Translations under genes and position numbers: made by a program
Part shown: piece after piece, positions 25,679 through 38,898 of the stretch
Position numbering within the stretch: position 1 is the first letter of the stretch
Layout: every line of letters starts with the position of its first letter
DNA from: Zygnema circumcarinatum SAG 698-1b
Lineage: Eukaryota; Plantae; Zygnematophyceae
Direction: 5' to 3'
Assembly: GCA_037447605.1 (NCBI GenBank)
Contig: CM074822.1
Span: 1,821,492 to 1,885,491, forward strand
Length of the DNA: 64,000 bases
Notes under the pieces: model-generated
Databases searched by the model: none
What the model was told of the DNA's origin: nothing
The model's input: the letters and a program-made list of their open reading frames with translations, nothing else

Positions 25679-26094
25679 GGCTGGCGAGTGCGAGCGCGTG
25701 TCTGCTGGGTGAGAGCTTGCCTTCTTATGTCTCCCGCCGTGAAAGGACACCGCGGTTGTAGATGCGGGTGTAGAGGGTTCTCAAGGTGGTGTTTTCAAGT
25801 GAACACAAAGAACTTTGACAGTCCAGTCGGGAAAAGATAAGAAAGAAATTTGCAGGTAAGAGTGGAGTAGAGATTCGTCGAATGTATTCTTAACGGATGA
25901 TTATTAAGGAATATTTTCCTTTGAATGCGGTGCAGGGTTGTATTGGCCGTGTCTTGTCATTTGTTGAATAGGCGCTAAGATTAATCCAGCGGTGTGGTCC
26001 TTCCTGTATATACGTTTTATTGTTTTCTATAGTTCTTTTATTCAAGCATGGGGGAAATGGATATCTAACTGTCCCCTAACCTAGAGAGCTTTCT

Positions 26095-29000
26095 TTGGGT
26101 TCCTCTGGATTTCCAGTCTTATTCCAAAAGATTCTTCAAAAGAGGAACAATCAGAAACTGATAGAAAAAATTGCGGAATTGGAGGCGGAGCTTATAAGAG
26201 CAATGCGCGAAAGACAGGCTGAGAGAACAGGACGGATCCGGGCGCAGCAGGTGCGACGTGAGTTAACTCATTGCAGAGACTGCAAAAACTCTTGAACTCT
26301 TGAACTCTAGAAAGCTTTTACAATTAATAAATGACGGAAGAGAGGAATTGCTGAGCTAACATAAGGGCGGGCCTTTGGCAATGGGGCAGTTTTTCAAGAG
26401 CACTATTTTCATAGCATCATTAATAGATTTCAAATTTGTCTTTTAAGCTGGTAAATCTTGATCGTCTTGTAAACGAACCTATTGACGGGCAAGCTTAAAC
26501 CAAGGAATGCAAGACTCTGCTCGAAATTGCTGCGATTAACTTTAGGTAAATAGATAAATATGAACAGGTAAACATGTAAATATGTAAATAATTGGATACT
26601 TGTAATGGTGAAGTTGCACGGGGTGATTTTGTTTCACTTATACTGTGCTTAGTTCCTGCCTTTTCGTACGCATGAGTTAAACTGCATTTCTTAACAGGTT
26701 TCCAATTTCTTATATTTCGTGTTTTTAAATATAGAAAATCAGAATGCACTTCTCGACGACCAAAAATTCTTTGCCGACCGATGCGTATCCAATGACCCCA
26801 ATTGGCATTTTGCGCTCATGCTTTTCTACCAGGTATGCGGGCAGGGGGGGAGAGGAGTGGGAAAAGTTGGGATGGAGAGGGAGAGGGAGAGGAGAGGGTG
26901 AGAGGAGAGGGCGAGGGTGGGAGGGAGAGCAGAAACTAGCCCTGTTGACGTCTCACCCTCTCCCTCTCCCGCCCACCTTCGTCGTCTCTCTCCCTCTCCC
27001 TCCCACCTTCGCTTGTCCTCTCACCCTCTCTCTTCTCTTGTCACGATGATTGTCATCATCCTCTTCTTTGCTTTCCGTGTTGTGGTCCTTTAGGAATGGT
27101 ACCCCTCGCCAGCCACTCCTTGTACCTTTGGCGCGGTCCCGCTTGGAACTTCCTGTGAAGGGAGTCCCTCCCGCTGCCTTGGAGGGCTTAGCAGACTACT
27201 CGCATTGCTGGGTTCTCTACATATTCAATGTGAACACGGACATTTCGCGTCTTTGGAGTGATTCTAATCATCAAGACTTTAAATCCAAGGTAGGGAATAG
27301 CGTTAGATCATTAATTAAGTCATGTTTTTTTGTCAAAGCTGGCCACGAGGGAAGAAACCCACTAGGATATAGGCTTTCCAAAGTAGATTGTGGTTGTTTC
27401 CTGTGCTTTCGAGTAATAAGTTGAGTGAAGAAGCACTAAAACGAGTTGGATCCTGAATCAGTTGGTGATAGACAGCTCTCCTTTTCAGGTTCGTGTGCCA
27501 CGTTTGGATGGCGCACGGATGGGAATTTTTGCGACTCGCTCCCCTCACCGACCTGTTCCCATCGGCCTCAGCGTAGCAAAGGTGACGCCATGAATGTGGG
27601 GTGCAGCGCAGATGCATGATTTATTGGTGGATAATCACGAACGTGTAAAGCTACACACTTTATCAGTAGTGTTTGAATGTCAAGAATAAACTGATGGACG
27701 TAACCATAGAAGACGACGAGAAATATTGCCAAGATTGTCAATCAACCATTTGGTCCTCAGGTTGCTTTCCTGATCAGGTTAGAATTGCACCATTCTTATG
27801 CTGAATTGCTACTTACCCTAGCCAGATCTACCAGTGCTTCGTTGATTTTCTGTTTTGGAAATTCTCACCCTTCAATTGGGGCCTGCAGGTGGAATCTATA
27901 AAGGGCCGCTCCGTATATCTATCCGGACTCGATGTGGTCGATGGTACGGTGAGGGTCTAAGCCCGAGAAGGTGTTGCTCGCTCATGGTACTCTCTTGGGA
28001 CAGTCTCCCCATTGCAAAACCCTAAAATACACTTGTGAATGGACTGATGGGCAGCCTGTGCTGGACATCAAACCGTACATTCCCTACTGCGACCGAGTGG
28101 ATGGGGCATCTGTACCGTTATGGGCACAGGTTCGCATTTGCCCTGTCCCCCTTACTTCTCATTATTTGCATTTCAACTGATTCAACCTTTTTCTCTGTAT
28201 GATCACTACTCCCTTGGTTCATCATCTTTCGGCTTGCCTCTACTCGAGCCTCCGCCTTCGGTCTGTGCTTCTCGGGAATTACTGAGTGTCTCCTATTTGA
28301 TCTTGTGCTTTCCAAGTTCTGGGTAACTGACTTCAAGTCGGTCGATTTTCGATTGCTGCATATGTTCAGCGAGTTCAGCATGCTAACGCACGAAGTGTTT
28401 GTATGAGTTCGCAGGTTGGACGTCCTGATGACCCGCTCGAGTTGACAGCTGTAGAATTCGGACCGATGTTTGAAGGTGCCCTCCAAAAATGTTGGGAGAA
28501 AATGGTGAGCTACTCTTGAGTTCAAATCTTTGAAGCGGAATTTTGTGAAAGGGAGACATCTTTAGTCTTGAGAAGAAGTGTTTTTTTCTCCCTTGTAACT
28601 TCTTTTCCTCGACTGTGTTGAATGCTGCTGTAAACTTGGAATCTCCATGGTAGGCTGCTAGCTGACAAGCCAGTGCTGGGCTAGTCAGACAAGAGGCACT
28701 TTAGTCACAACTAGGGAGCTCCAATCTGCTGACTTTCTGTGGGGTTTCAGTTCAGCTTTTCAGTTCCATCGTTGCCAGTGGTCCACTGCCCTGCTCTGCT
28801 TTCCTCACTTCATACTTCACTTTTTGGGTGTTGGGGCGTGGCAGGGCGGCCGCTCACTGTACGGCTCAGCCCAGGAGGTGAAGGAGCTTGTGGCGCAAGT
28901 CCTTTCGCGAGATATTCGTTCTGTTTGCCAACGCCGCCGACCTCATGCAGGAAGAGTGTCCTCCCTGCACCAAGAAGATGAGTCCTGTTTGGAGGAGGTT

Positions 29001-29372
29001 GGCGAAAGTCCGCAATCCAATGAAGTGTTTGGTGGTGAACAAGCAGACTGCAGACAGGCTACTCCATCTGGTGGGAGTGGTGTTGAGGAGGAAACTCCTG
29101 CCCTTGATATACGAAGCAATCCTGTTACTTCTAGTCAGAAAAATCTTGTAAATGAGCTTCCGGATGGTAGGGATTTACCAATGGAGGGTAGTGTACATGA
29201 TCAGTTCTCATCAAAACCGCTCACTTCTGCTCTCGACAGAGTGGAAGCCAATGAGGGGCAAGATACCCAAGTGTGCTACCACCTTGTTTTAGAGGGCATT
29301 GACATCAGCTACAAACTAGAATCGAAGGTGGTGCTTGTAGAAAGCGCCCACCTGTGTATACGCGAGTCGTGA
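26095..29372 (+). CDS. TRMO: tRNA (adenine-37-N6)-methyltransferase TrmO/TsaA family; true start uncertain
   Basis: Coiled-coil N-terminus ELEAEL...ERTGRIRAQQ, then RNGTPRQPLLVPLARSRL, LEGLADYSHCWVLYIF, VRVPRLDG-RMGIFATRSPHRPVPIGLSVAK, LSGLDVVDGT-PVLDIKPYIPYCD and LVAQVLSRDIRS; stop at 29372. Confidence 0.92.
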
Positions 29373-29934
29373 TTTTACCATAATGTGACTGACCCATATT
29401 CCGATATTGGGTTGTCTGCTTTTAGCTGTCAAAAAGGACGCGAGTGGTTTTTACCCCCTTAAAATGTCAACCTCATCATCCGAACAAAACGAGCAAAATG
29501 TCACAGGCATGATGTGAACTGCAAGAAGCTATTGAGCCAATGAACCTATCTTTGCAAAGGGTAACAGGGAAAAGTTGTGTTGTTGCATTTCGCCATGTTG
29601 CACAACGCTTCATTTCATGCCTCGCCCTCGCCCTTGAGCCTGCCACAACACCTTCCTGCCCTCTGTCTGCGCCTTGGTCGGTGCAGACTCTGCAGACACA
29701 CAGAGACAGACGCTGGAAGGGTCAACTCCCACTTTTGAGGGACCCTGCAAGCGAAAAACCAATCATTTATTGCCACGTGTTCTACTTGCTGACATGGCAC
29801 GTTGTGATTGGCTGGACAGACATGGTCAGCTAACGGCGTCCCGGCAGAGAGGCCCGCTGAGCAGACGTCCGCCGCGGCCTCCCTCCGCTCCTTCCCTGCC
29901 GGCGCAGAGCCCCTCCGCCTGCAGGCCCACCGCC

Positions 29935-32900
29935 ATGGCGGGGGCGCCCGGCACGCGGCCAGGGGGCGTCGCGCTGGCCATGGCTGCAGCCGAGGCTGCG
30001 GACGGGTGGCCTCCGTAACAATGGAGAGGATAGAGGGAGAAGATAGAGGGAGTGGAGTCCCTGAGTCGCTATTTTGCAGCATTAGTTGGAGACTGTGGTA
30101 TGTGAATTGTTTCGTTTGTAGATCGATGCTCTCTTGCGCTGAGAGGATTCTGTGAAAAGTAGGGAAGCAGGTGAACTTGTTTAGCACAGATGCCACTGTC
30201 AATGGGACGTAGAGCGAAGCAGGGTCAGGGAGCAAGTCGGTTTTCGAGAGCCTCGTCAAACGGAGGGGGGGGATTCCTCCCTTCTTGGGAAAATTTGCGA
30301 ATATCAACAAGGTTGCAGCTTCTTTTAAAGGCGCTCTGCGTTTGGGCATTGTTTACTGTGGGAGGGTGGATAGCCAGTAAGTGGCCGCAAGCTGTTCCTT
30401 TGCATTCCGTTTCCTACCTCCGCCGTTCTGAGCTCTACTCAACGTTAGAAGCTACTTTTTTCTTAATGTTGTTTTTCACTAGGCAACATAACTATTTTAG
30501 TCATTTAGGGAAATCATGAATTGCACGTAAGGAATAGAATGGATCAAGGGCTTATTTCCGTTCAGTTGGGAGCCTATAGGATGACTCAATTGATCTCGAG
30601 TTTGTGTGAAAGCACCGTTTATTACACATGAAGTTTTTATTTATATGTGCCTTTCTTCGCCCCCTTGCTTTTGACAGTTCCTCTCGAATTAGTTCCCCTC
30701 TTCTCCCATTGCGTGGGACTTGGTTTCTACCTTGTCATTGTCACACAGAAGGCGAGATGGCTTATTCCCGTCTCACTAGGTGAGCACCATTCGTGTTTTG
30801 TGAAGCAAATTTGTGTTATACATCAGATGCAATGTCGCCTTGAAAGGAGAAAAAATGCCTCCTTTATGGTCTTATGTGATTTCCTGGTTCGTTCAGACAG
30901 TTTATTCAGGTCAATCATCAAAAAATTGTGTTAGGCTGTGCTGCAAATCTTCAAAAGAGCGTATATGAATGTGGCTGTCTTATTTTTTTTGCATCCAATC
31001 TCAATTTCGCAAACAAGGATCACTTTCCACCTCCTCCATAATACGGCCGTAAATGAGCCTGTGGTTGCAGGGGGCTTAGTCTATCTTTGCATTGTATACT
31101 TCACAGTCCCTCCAACAGCGTGGGCACTTACAACTCACATTCTAGGTTACGCTGTGAGTATCAGGCAATCCATTTCTCGGGGAAGTGCTTGTTCAACCAG
31201 CTGCTTTAGAAGGAAGAAATAGATTTGCAAGACCGCATCTTGAAATGCTAAATTTTGCCAGATAACGTTGGAGATTTATAATCCAGATTTAGCATTTTTT
31301 CAGCAGCTGCCTCGGCTAGGCCTGAGGATGTGCAGATTGGCAGTGTGGGAAACATATCAAGTCTATGTATCGTTTTACTTGTCGTCATCCTGTTGTTTTT
31401 TGGGCGGCCATGAAGTGACTGAATATTTGATTTTTGAGTGTCATTCCTCTTGGCTAATGCATTAAGTTTTGTGAAACTGCTTCGTTGTGTGATACCACTT
31501 CTGATCATGTACGCCTTCTTCTATCCTGTTTATTTCGACCTCCAAATTGCCCATCAATCCGGAAGTTTGCATTAGAAAGTTCTCTCTTCTTTAGTTTCAA
31601 AGTGTACGAGTGTCATGCAAGTGTTCAGCTTCAAAATTCATGCATTGCTCCCGTTTCATCTGCTTGTGATGGTTCTGCAGGGTCTTGTAGTACTGGTCAT
31701 CACGCATGTTTGCCTCAAATGGGTTGGAGCAGACCTACAGCCTCAAGGTATTTTCTTCTTTGCAAGTCACAAACGTGACAATGTGGCAGTGCTATTTATA
31801 TGTGTGGGCACCTTTTTGGCACCTTTTTGGCAGATCGTCCAAATGGGGTGGTTTTTTCATTCGTAGTTTATATTAGAAGGCTACGGCGAAGGTGTTATGA
31901 CGATAGATTTATTCTCGACTTTCTTTTACCTTTTGTGTTACTGTAATTACCGCAGTCCTGCGCATTGTCATAGTGGCCGCAATTCTCTCTTTCAATCACT
32001 TTGTCCTTTACTTTTGAGGAGATGGTTGTAGGAGTCTGAGGTTGACCTACACTGCTAGTTTTGATGGAAGCGGGGTATGGCGGTGCTGAAATACGGTTGC
32101 CCTATTTTGTGTCCTTATGTATCAGCCGAGCGATTGCTTGAGAGTGTTAAGGATGCCCTGCCCTCTGTGGACATGCTTCCGGCAGGTAAGCAGATCCTGC
32201 TATAAGGCCATGGCAGGCCCCTTTATTCCCTATGCACAGGTCGAGGTTGAGGTGTGAAACTAGACGATAAGTTAGTAGCTGGTTGCAAAATTTCTTACGT
32301 TGTCGTGTTGACTCGCACTTTTGGACTATGTCCTTTAATCTGCGTTTCTCCTAGAAAGTCTATTTTGTTTATACTGAAAAGGTCAGTTTTTGTGGGTGTA
32401 TTGCATCCAGCGTGGCTTAATCAAGTCCTTGCTTTATCCGAGATAGTCCGGAGATTGGCATGTGAACCATGGATCAAGGACGTGGATTAAAGTTGCAATC
32501 ATAGTGAGCATGTTCCCGATGTCAGGGTGTCTGTCAGGGTATTCTTTTTGGAATTGTGCGTCATTTGAATGTTGTTGACAATTGTGTGCAATTGCCTCTT
32601 ACCTTCAGCGGAACGTGTAATGGAGTACGTTGCGCTGTTGGTCAAAGATCGGCTAACAATCGGTAGGTTTGCTAAAGCGCAGAAGATGACTAGATTACCC
32701 TGTCGTATGACTCTCTTGGATGCTTGACCGTTCATTCCTCGATTATCAGTCAGACACGCGCAAATGCCTCGTTGGACGATTGGAGGGTTCTGCCACTGAT
32801 AACCAGTCAGCGAAGGGGGGAGGGCAATGTGTTTCCTGCAGTATAAGAATGCACCTTCTCTAGAGAGGACGAAACAATTGCAGTTGATTGACTGTGATGA

Positions 32901-35900
32901 TTTTACGTCGCTATGAGTTGTCATTATGTTCCTTTCAGCATTGTTGTTTGACATCTATGCATATCATGCTGGACTGTGTTGTGTAGGTTCGTGTAGGCTA
33001 TCTTTGCTGCCGTCATGAATCCGTTTGAATCTCTTTTGATTGCAAACTTGCACGTTTGACTTAGCTTGAGCTATTATCATCATACCCGTTTTGGACAAAT
33101 CATTCAAGGGGCTCTCAAATCTACACGCACACCATACTTCTTCTGCCACGGGTGCTTATGTAGCCCTAGCACTTGCATCCTCCTCTTAAGATTCAAACTT
33201 GTCTTACCACAGCACATGAAGCTCGAATTGAAAGAAATCTCCTCATCGATTCCTTTACTTGATGTGTAGAGCGGCTCTTGGATACGATAACGGGGGGAAT
33301 TGCCGACGGCATCAACGGAATTGATGTGCAGTTACTATGGGCCTTCGAAGTTCTGCGATGCCGTCTGGGGACCGGCGTTGATTGGTTCAAGGCTCCTGGA
33401 ATGGAGTGGCGGAAGGTTTTGGCAGCTATGCCCACTCAGAGAGAAGTGCCTTCTCCGCGTGTGGATGGAGGAAGAAGATGTGAAGGGGAAGCTACTGTGG
33501 CGACTGCAGCAGATGGCAGAAAAGGGATCGGCTTAGCCTTGGGGGCTTTGTTGGCTCGGGCACTTGCGTTGGCGGCAGACTGCCCGGGAGGCATTAGCTC
33601 TGCTCTGGGAAGTACTGCAGAGGCAATTCTGGCACATTCTCTTTCGTTGTACCCAAAAAGGTGAGGGAGTGGTTGTAGTTTATTTTTGCTTTTCTTCATC
33701 GAACAGAGTGGGTTCTAAGAATTACTGTCAGGGGAGGGTTTCCCATATCGTCCATGCAACGACGAAAGTCTTATCGTGAAGAATTCATCTGGTGGGGTTC
33801 TGTTCCCTTCTAGAATCAGGATGTGAAATCAATCAATCAATCAATTTCATCAATATTCGTGCCTTGATTTGTGCAGATGTGTCAAGTTTCTGTTGGACAT
33901 CCTGGTGGCAGCTGATGATGTGGAAGATGATGATGGCATACTCCTGGATGATGCCGGATGGCCATGGCAGCCCATCGCCAGGAGCAGCCATGAGCGCCCC
34001 CCCACTGCTCATGCAGCAGCAAAAGTGCCCATCGCTCCCAACAAGCATGCACAAGTTAGGCCTCGTCCGAAGGAAACAGTCCACAAAGACAAGATTGCGA
34101 AGGTCTGTAAGGGCAGCATTCCACCAGGGAAAGTAGATTCAGCAGAAGATGACTGTGCCATGATGGTGCCTGCACAAGGTGGGGCTCAAAGCTGCAGTCA
34201 CAAAGAAGATAAGCCGCAGAATTCAGCCAATCATACCAGCTTCCCCGCCCTGTCCCTTCAGTCCCCACATTCTCTTGCTGCACTGTGCTTAAGTATTATT
34301 GGCAAGGGCAGCTCTGCAATGCCTGTATCTCCTATGTTGAATAGTAACGATTTTCCTTCCTCCGCTGAAAGCTGCACATCAACCAGTCGACGACGGTTTG
34401 AGGGCCCACATGCCCAACGACAGATATCGACTGAGGAAAAAAATATTAGACCTCTGCATATGCAGCCTCGCAATGAATTTGTCTCTCCTGCTCGACCCGT
34501 CCAATCGGCAGCTGAAAGCAATCGAGAAGATGCACTTTCGAGAGAGAGAAAGGTATAACTAGGACTCTACTTATCATGCATGAGCTGTATGCCCTCCATA
34601 GCACGTTGAATATTGAAGTCGATTTTGTGCCAGAATAAGTCGCAGTTATGAATACCTGATTAGTAGACTATGAGTTTGGACAGGAGATCGAACTTTTCTC
34701 AGAGCCGAAGCTGCAGTCATTTATGTAAGTTCCGCTATAGGTCATTATGGGTGGCTAACCACTCGTCTGCTTTCTCTTCTTATGGTGAACCCAGTTGGAA
34801 GTCAAGTGGCGTGAAGAAAGGGCCGCTCGCTATGCAGCTGAAGCAGCGGCGGCATCTGCGGCAAGGAAGGTGGAAGAGCTGACCCGCCAACTACAGGCTT
34901 TCGAAACACTGCTCGGAAACTGGACTCCGCCATCCTTTAGTCTCTTTAGTTCTGTTGAAAATACCTGCACCATCGGAAAAGGAAGTAGATCAAACACCGT
35001 GAACTTCAAATCTGGCACCAATCGTCTCTTTGAAAACTTTGATCAGACAATGAAGCAATGGACGAACATTTGTCCTCACAGCAATGAATCTGATTCTACG
35101 GGAACTGCAGCGAGCTTCATAAAGGAAGGAGGGAGGGAAGAAGGCAGTGCTATTTCACAGGAAACAATCGTTGAGACTGTAAAGGGCCGTCCACTATGTC
35201 AAACAACCAACGCGGTGGGAGAGACAGGTTTTTCAAAGCTCGGTGAATACAGCTGTAGTGCATACAGGACTGATGAACCCAGCCCTAGAAGTGCTGTTTC
35301 AGATAGCAAAACGGGCTCTAATAGTGGGAGAAAGGAAGGTGATTTCAAGTCAACGTTTGAGGCCGAGATGAGTGTGTTGATGGGTGATAATGGAAGTCAT
35401 GGGACAAAGAAGCTAAGCGACGTGTTCCCCGACAGCGACGAGCAGAACACATTTTTCGATCATGAGTTTGAGACGAAGGAACATCATGTTGGATCGGGAA
35501 GGGGATCGGTACACAGGGGTACCTTGTACAACGACGCCGCTGTGCACGTATGTAGCTCAGAAGCTGCTTTGAACAATTGGCCCACTTCGACAGATGATGG
35601 TGTAGAAGCAGAAGAAACCGTTACGAGGACAACTGCAAATTGTCTAACTTCTCAACATGCATATCCTCCCAGCTGCAGCCTTGCATCACCTCCAGCTGAC
35701 TGTAGGCCATGGCTTCCTAGGGCAACTAGTAGTCTTAGAAGGAGAACTGGCAGTAGCATGGAGGCTGACACCGTGGGAACATTCAGCGAGACATGTCTCA
35801 GGGTCAGCCCAAGACACTACAAAAACTCTTCCGACAGCATTGGCAGGCAAAACTGCAGTTCTGTACCGACTTCCCCTTCGTGCAGTAGCAGAACCTCGTT

Positions 35901-37122
35901 GACGGTGGAACTGAATAGTTCAACTGCCGTGAGGGAGGCGGGGGGTTGCAAAGACCAGCTGGGTGGGATTAGTGAACTAGATTGTTTACCCAGTAACGAT
36001 AGGAGTATTCGCACACATGGGGGTGCAAGCTTTATGGATAATACCAGCAGTTCTCCTTGCGCTCACAGGGTTGCTTGCCAAACTGGAGATAATCCCTCAA
36101 TTTCCTTTTTTTCTAGAGATAGTATGCACTCTATTGATGAGAAAGGGCGTCATTCGGTTTCACCCGGTGAAATAGTCGATTCATCCGGATCTCATGGGGA
36201 AGCAGCCGTGCTCGGAACTTTGATTTATGTGAGAGGGTGCGAACCCTCCTGCACCGGACAAGAACTGCATCCGTATTCCAGTTTTCATGGTAGCATTTGT
36301 ACAGATATGGAGGTCAATGAGACTCGGTGTTGCAGCTCACATGTAGAATCGCTCAACACAGGGACGGGTGAAGCATATCAGTTTCGTTCATCGTTGCCGA
36401 CAACCGGCTCGTTAGATCAAAAGTTTACTTTTAGTGAACTGTCTGAAGCAAAAGCAAAGACTGGTCCGAAACCTATCGAACACAGAAGCTTGCACGGGTG
36501 TGCTTCGGTGAATGGTAGAGGGACGACTCAGCTACTTTCAGGACAGTTATCGATAGACCTCTCTGAGGCTTCTTTCCTGAGCAGTGAAGTGTTTGAAGAC
36601 TCTGCTTATCAGAAAGATGAGAGAGGGAGGATGGGAGGTGAGCCGATGGTCCAGCTTCCCACTAAATTCTCGAGAAAGTCAGTTGCGTGCTTGCCCTCTG
36701 ATTTGGTTCAGAATCTCGGCTTCCTCTCATCAGAACTGGAGGTGGCAATGCCGCAAACATCTGAAGGCGACAATGAGAAACCGCTTCCACTTAGCGTTGG
36801 ACAGGGAATGAAGAGGTAATAACGTGAAGTAGAGAGCTGAAAACCTATGAATGTACAGTTATGGAAGAGTACAGAACTTGCCAGAACTCTCCATCTGTCA
36901 CTTGTGGTCCTATTGTGCATTGCTTCGAGCGGCGAATGCAGGATCGAGCCTCCAAGGATTGAGCCAACAGACGGACTTATGGACTTCCTCTCTCTCACTC
37001 TGGCCAGCAAAGGTTTGGGGAAACAGAGCGGACTGGCCACAGCCCAGAACAGACTGCTGGTCCAAAGCACGGCTGTTGCGGGATGCGGTTTGAACGACAG
37101 GGAGAGAGGTTCTGCAGCATGA
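29935..37122 (+). CDS. Uncharacterised large multi-exon protein (hydrophobic N-terminal segments, helical middle, coiled coil, long Ser-rich disordered exon)
   Basis: ATG 29935 in a gccATGg context. Spliceable exons at ~30249-30376, ~30750-30780, ~32115-32185, ~32608-32663, ~33270-33660 and ~33877-34555, plus a 2-kb open exon at 34795-36817 (EERAARYAAEAAAASAARKVEELTRQL). No family recognised; it could be more than one gene, and the 3' end is uncertain. Confidence 0.5.
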
Positions 37123-38569
37123 CTTCTTTTTCTTCAGCATCCACTGCAGCGAAGTACAGACAATGTGAGTGTACGAACTTTGCTGTTGTTCTTGCAGAGA
37201 CTACTACGTGATTTTGTTTGGTCTAGAACTCTTGCCTCTGCTGAGAGCGCCGGAGCAGTTTGTAGCTTACTTTCTCTATGCATCATTTCTGTTCTTCAGA
37301 GGAGACTAAGCTAAGCACCTACTACACTACGGCCCATCCTTCCATCGTTGTCCTCCTTTAAATCGCCCGTGCATGGTCTTCCATGTCCAAACACAGGTCA
37401 GATCAATTGGTTCTCGCCTGATGAGTGTGTTTGGGCAAGAGGGAGTGTCCTCCCAATACTAAGCACTCGCGAACTTGCTTACATACAGACAGCGTGAGAA
37501 GGTTTTGCAGCTCTTCAGGTCACATGTGGTGTGCTCAGTTTGCTTCTACTTAGTATATGCAAAGAGTTTGTTGAAGTGTGGCCTGACAAAGGCACTCTGT
37601 ACCTGCAGGCATTTCATCATGAGGCCATCCACATGGCGATATTGGAGGGAACGGAAGGGACAGTGTTCGCCGCAATTGCTACTGTGCAGCTAAAGAAGCC
37701 CTTTGGTGGAGCAGGAGGCCTGGGCAGCTGCTGCTTCCACTCTAGGACTCTGTACCTTTAAGCTCCTTACAGCATTGCGGTGGGTCGCAAACAATGCTGT
37801 TTGCCCATCCTTACAGTGCTCTACCAATCACAACTGGCATGGACAGCCTGTTTTATAGATGCTTGGCTGACGATTACTGTACATTGTTTCTTAGGCGCAA
37901 ATGCGGAGGTGAATTATTGATGTTTTCTTTCTTAATAGTGGTCTAGTGCCGAGGGAAATCAAGATCCATGTAAATTTTTAGCACGTTTAGCTGCTCTTTC
38001 AGCCTAGCCTGGTTAGTCCTTGGACAGAAGAACGGAGCATGTCCGTCGTGCATCCTTGTAGTTCTGCGCCGTCGTCACATCTATTGCCCAACATAGTGGA
38101 GGAAACATGAAATGTAAGCACAATCTTTTGTGCATTCATGAGATGAAGTGAACTGTGGAGGTGCAATTGGCTGTTGGGATGGGTGGCTTGTCCCATGCCG
38201 CCATGGATGTGCGGGTCATAGCTCGCATGTGTCGTCATGTCGAGACGACGAGGCCTGCCATTGCCTTTAGGACAACGTCGCGAATCGATTAGGCGATACA
38301 GACGATACAATAACGATACGATATGATATGATATGGACCATCCGCAACTACCACCGACATTTGCCTCACAGCCCCATTTGTCCACGTGTACAACCAAATC
38401 TGCCACGTGTCACGATCGCACCTACCAGATAATAATTGGACGGCCAAGATCTGTCGTTGACCGATCCCTTTTGGACGAAGAGGAATCTCCAACGGCCTTT
38501 TCATGGAACGCCCCTTTCGCTGTTGCACATCGCGTTCACCACGTTTTCAACACATGGAGCCCCTTGTTT

Positions 38570-38613
38570 CCGTACGTCAGCCGTACGATATTCTAGAAGG
38601 TTTGAGCGTACGG
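38570..38613. promoter_or_regulatory. Three palindromic CGTACG (SBP-type GTAC core) sites upstream of FLAP1
   Basis: CGTACG at 38571, 38582 and 38607, about 300 bp upstream of the ATG. Confidence 0.4.
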
Positions 38614-38898
38614 CGGGCCGTCCCCTCCGGCCGCGTTCCCGGGCCGGGGCGGAGGGAGGGCCCGCTCTGCCCTCGGGCTCCGGAGCACGTGCACAGACGG
38701 GCGCGGCGCAGGGCAGCGTCATAGGGATAAGGATCCTCCAAGGGGAGGGCAGGCAGAGGTAGAGGGAAAGGAAGGGCAGCTAGGAGAGAGGAGAGGAGAT
38801 CGCGGTGTGGGAGGGTCTGGCTTTGAAGGACGAGCGAAGCTAAGTTAAGCTAAGCTTAGGGAGGAGTTTGTACAGACAGGAGAGTGAGGGAAGGGTTG

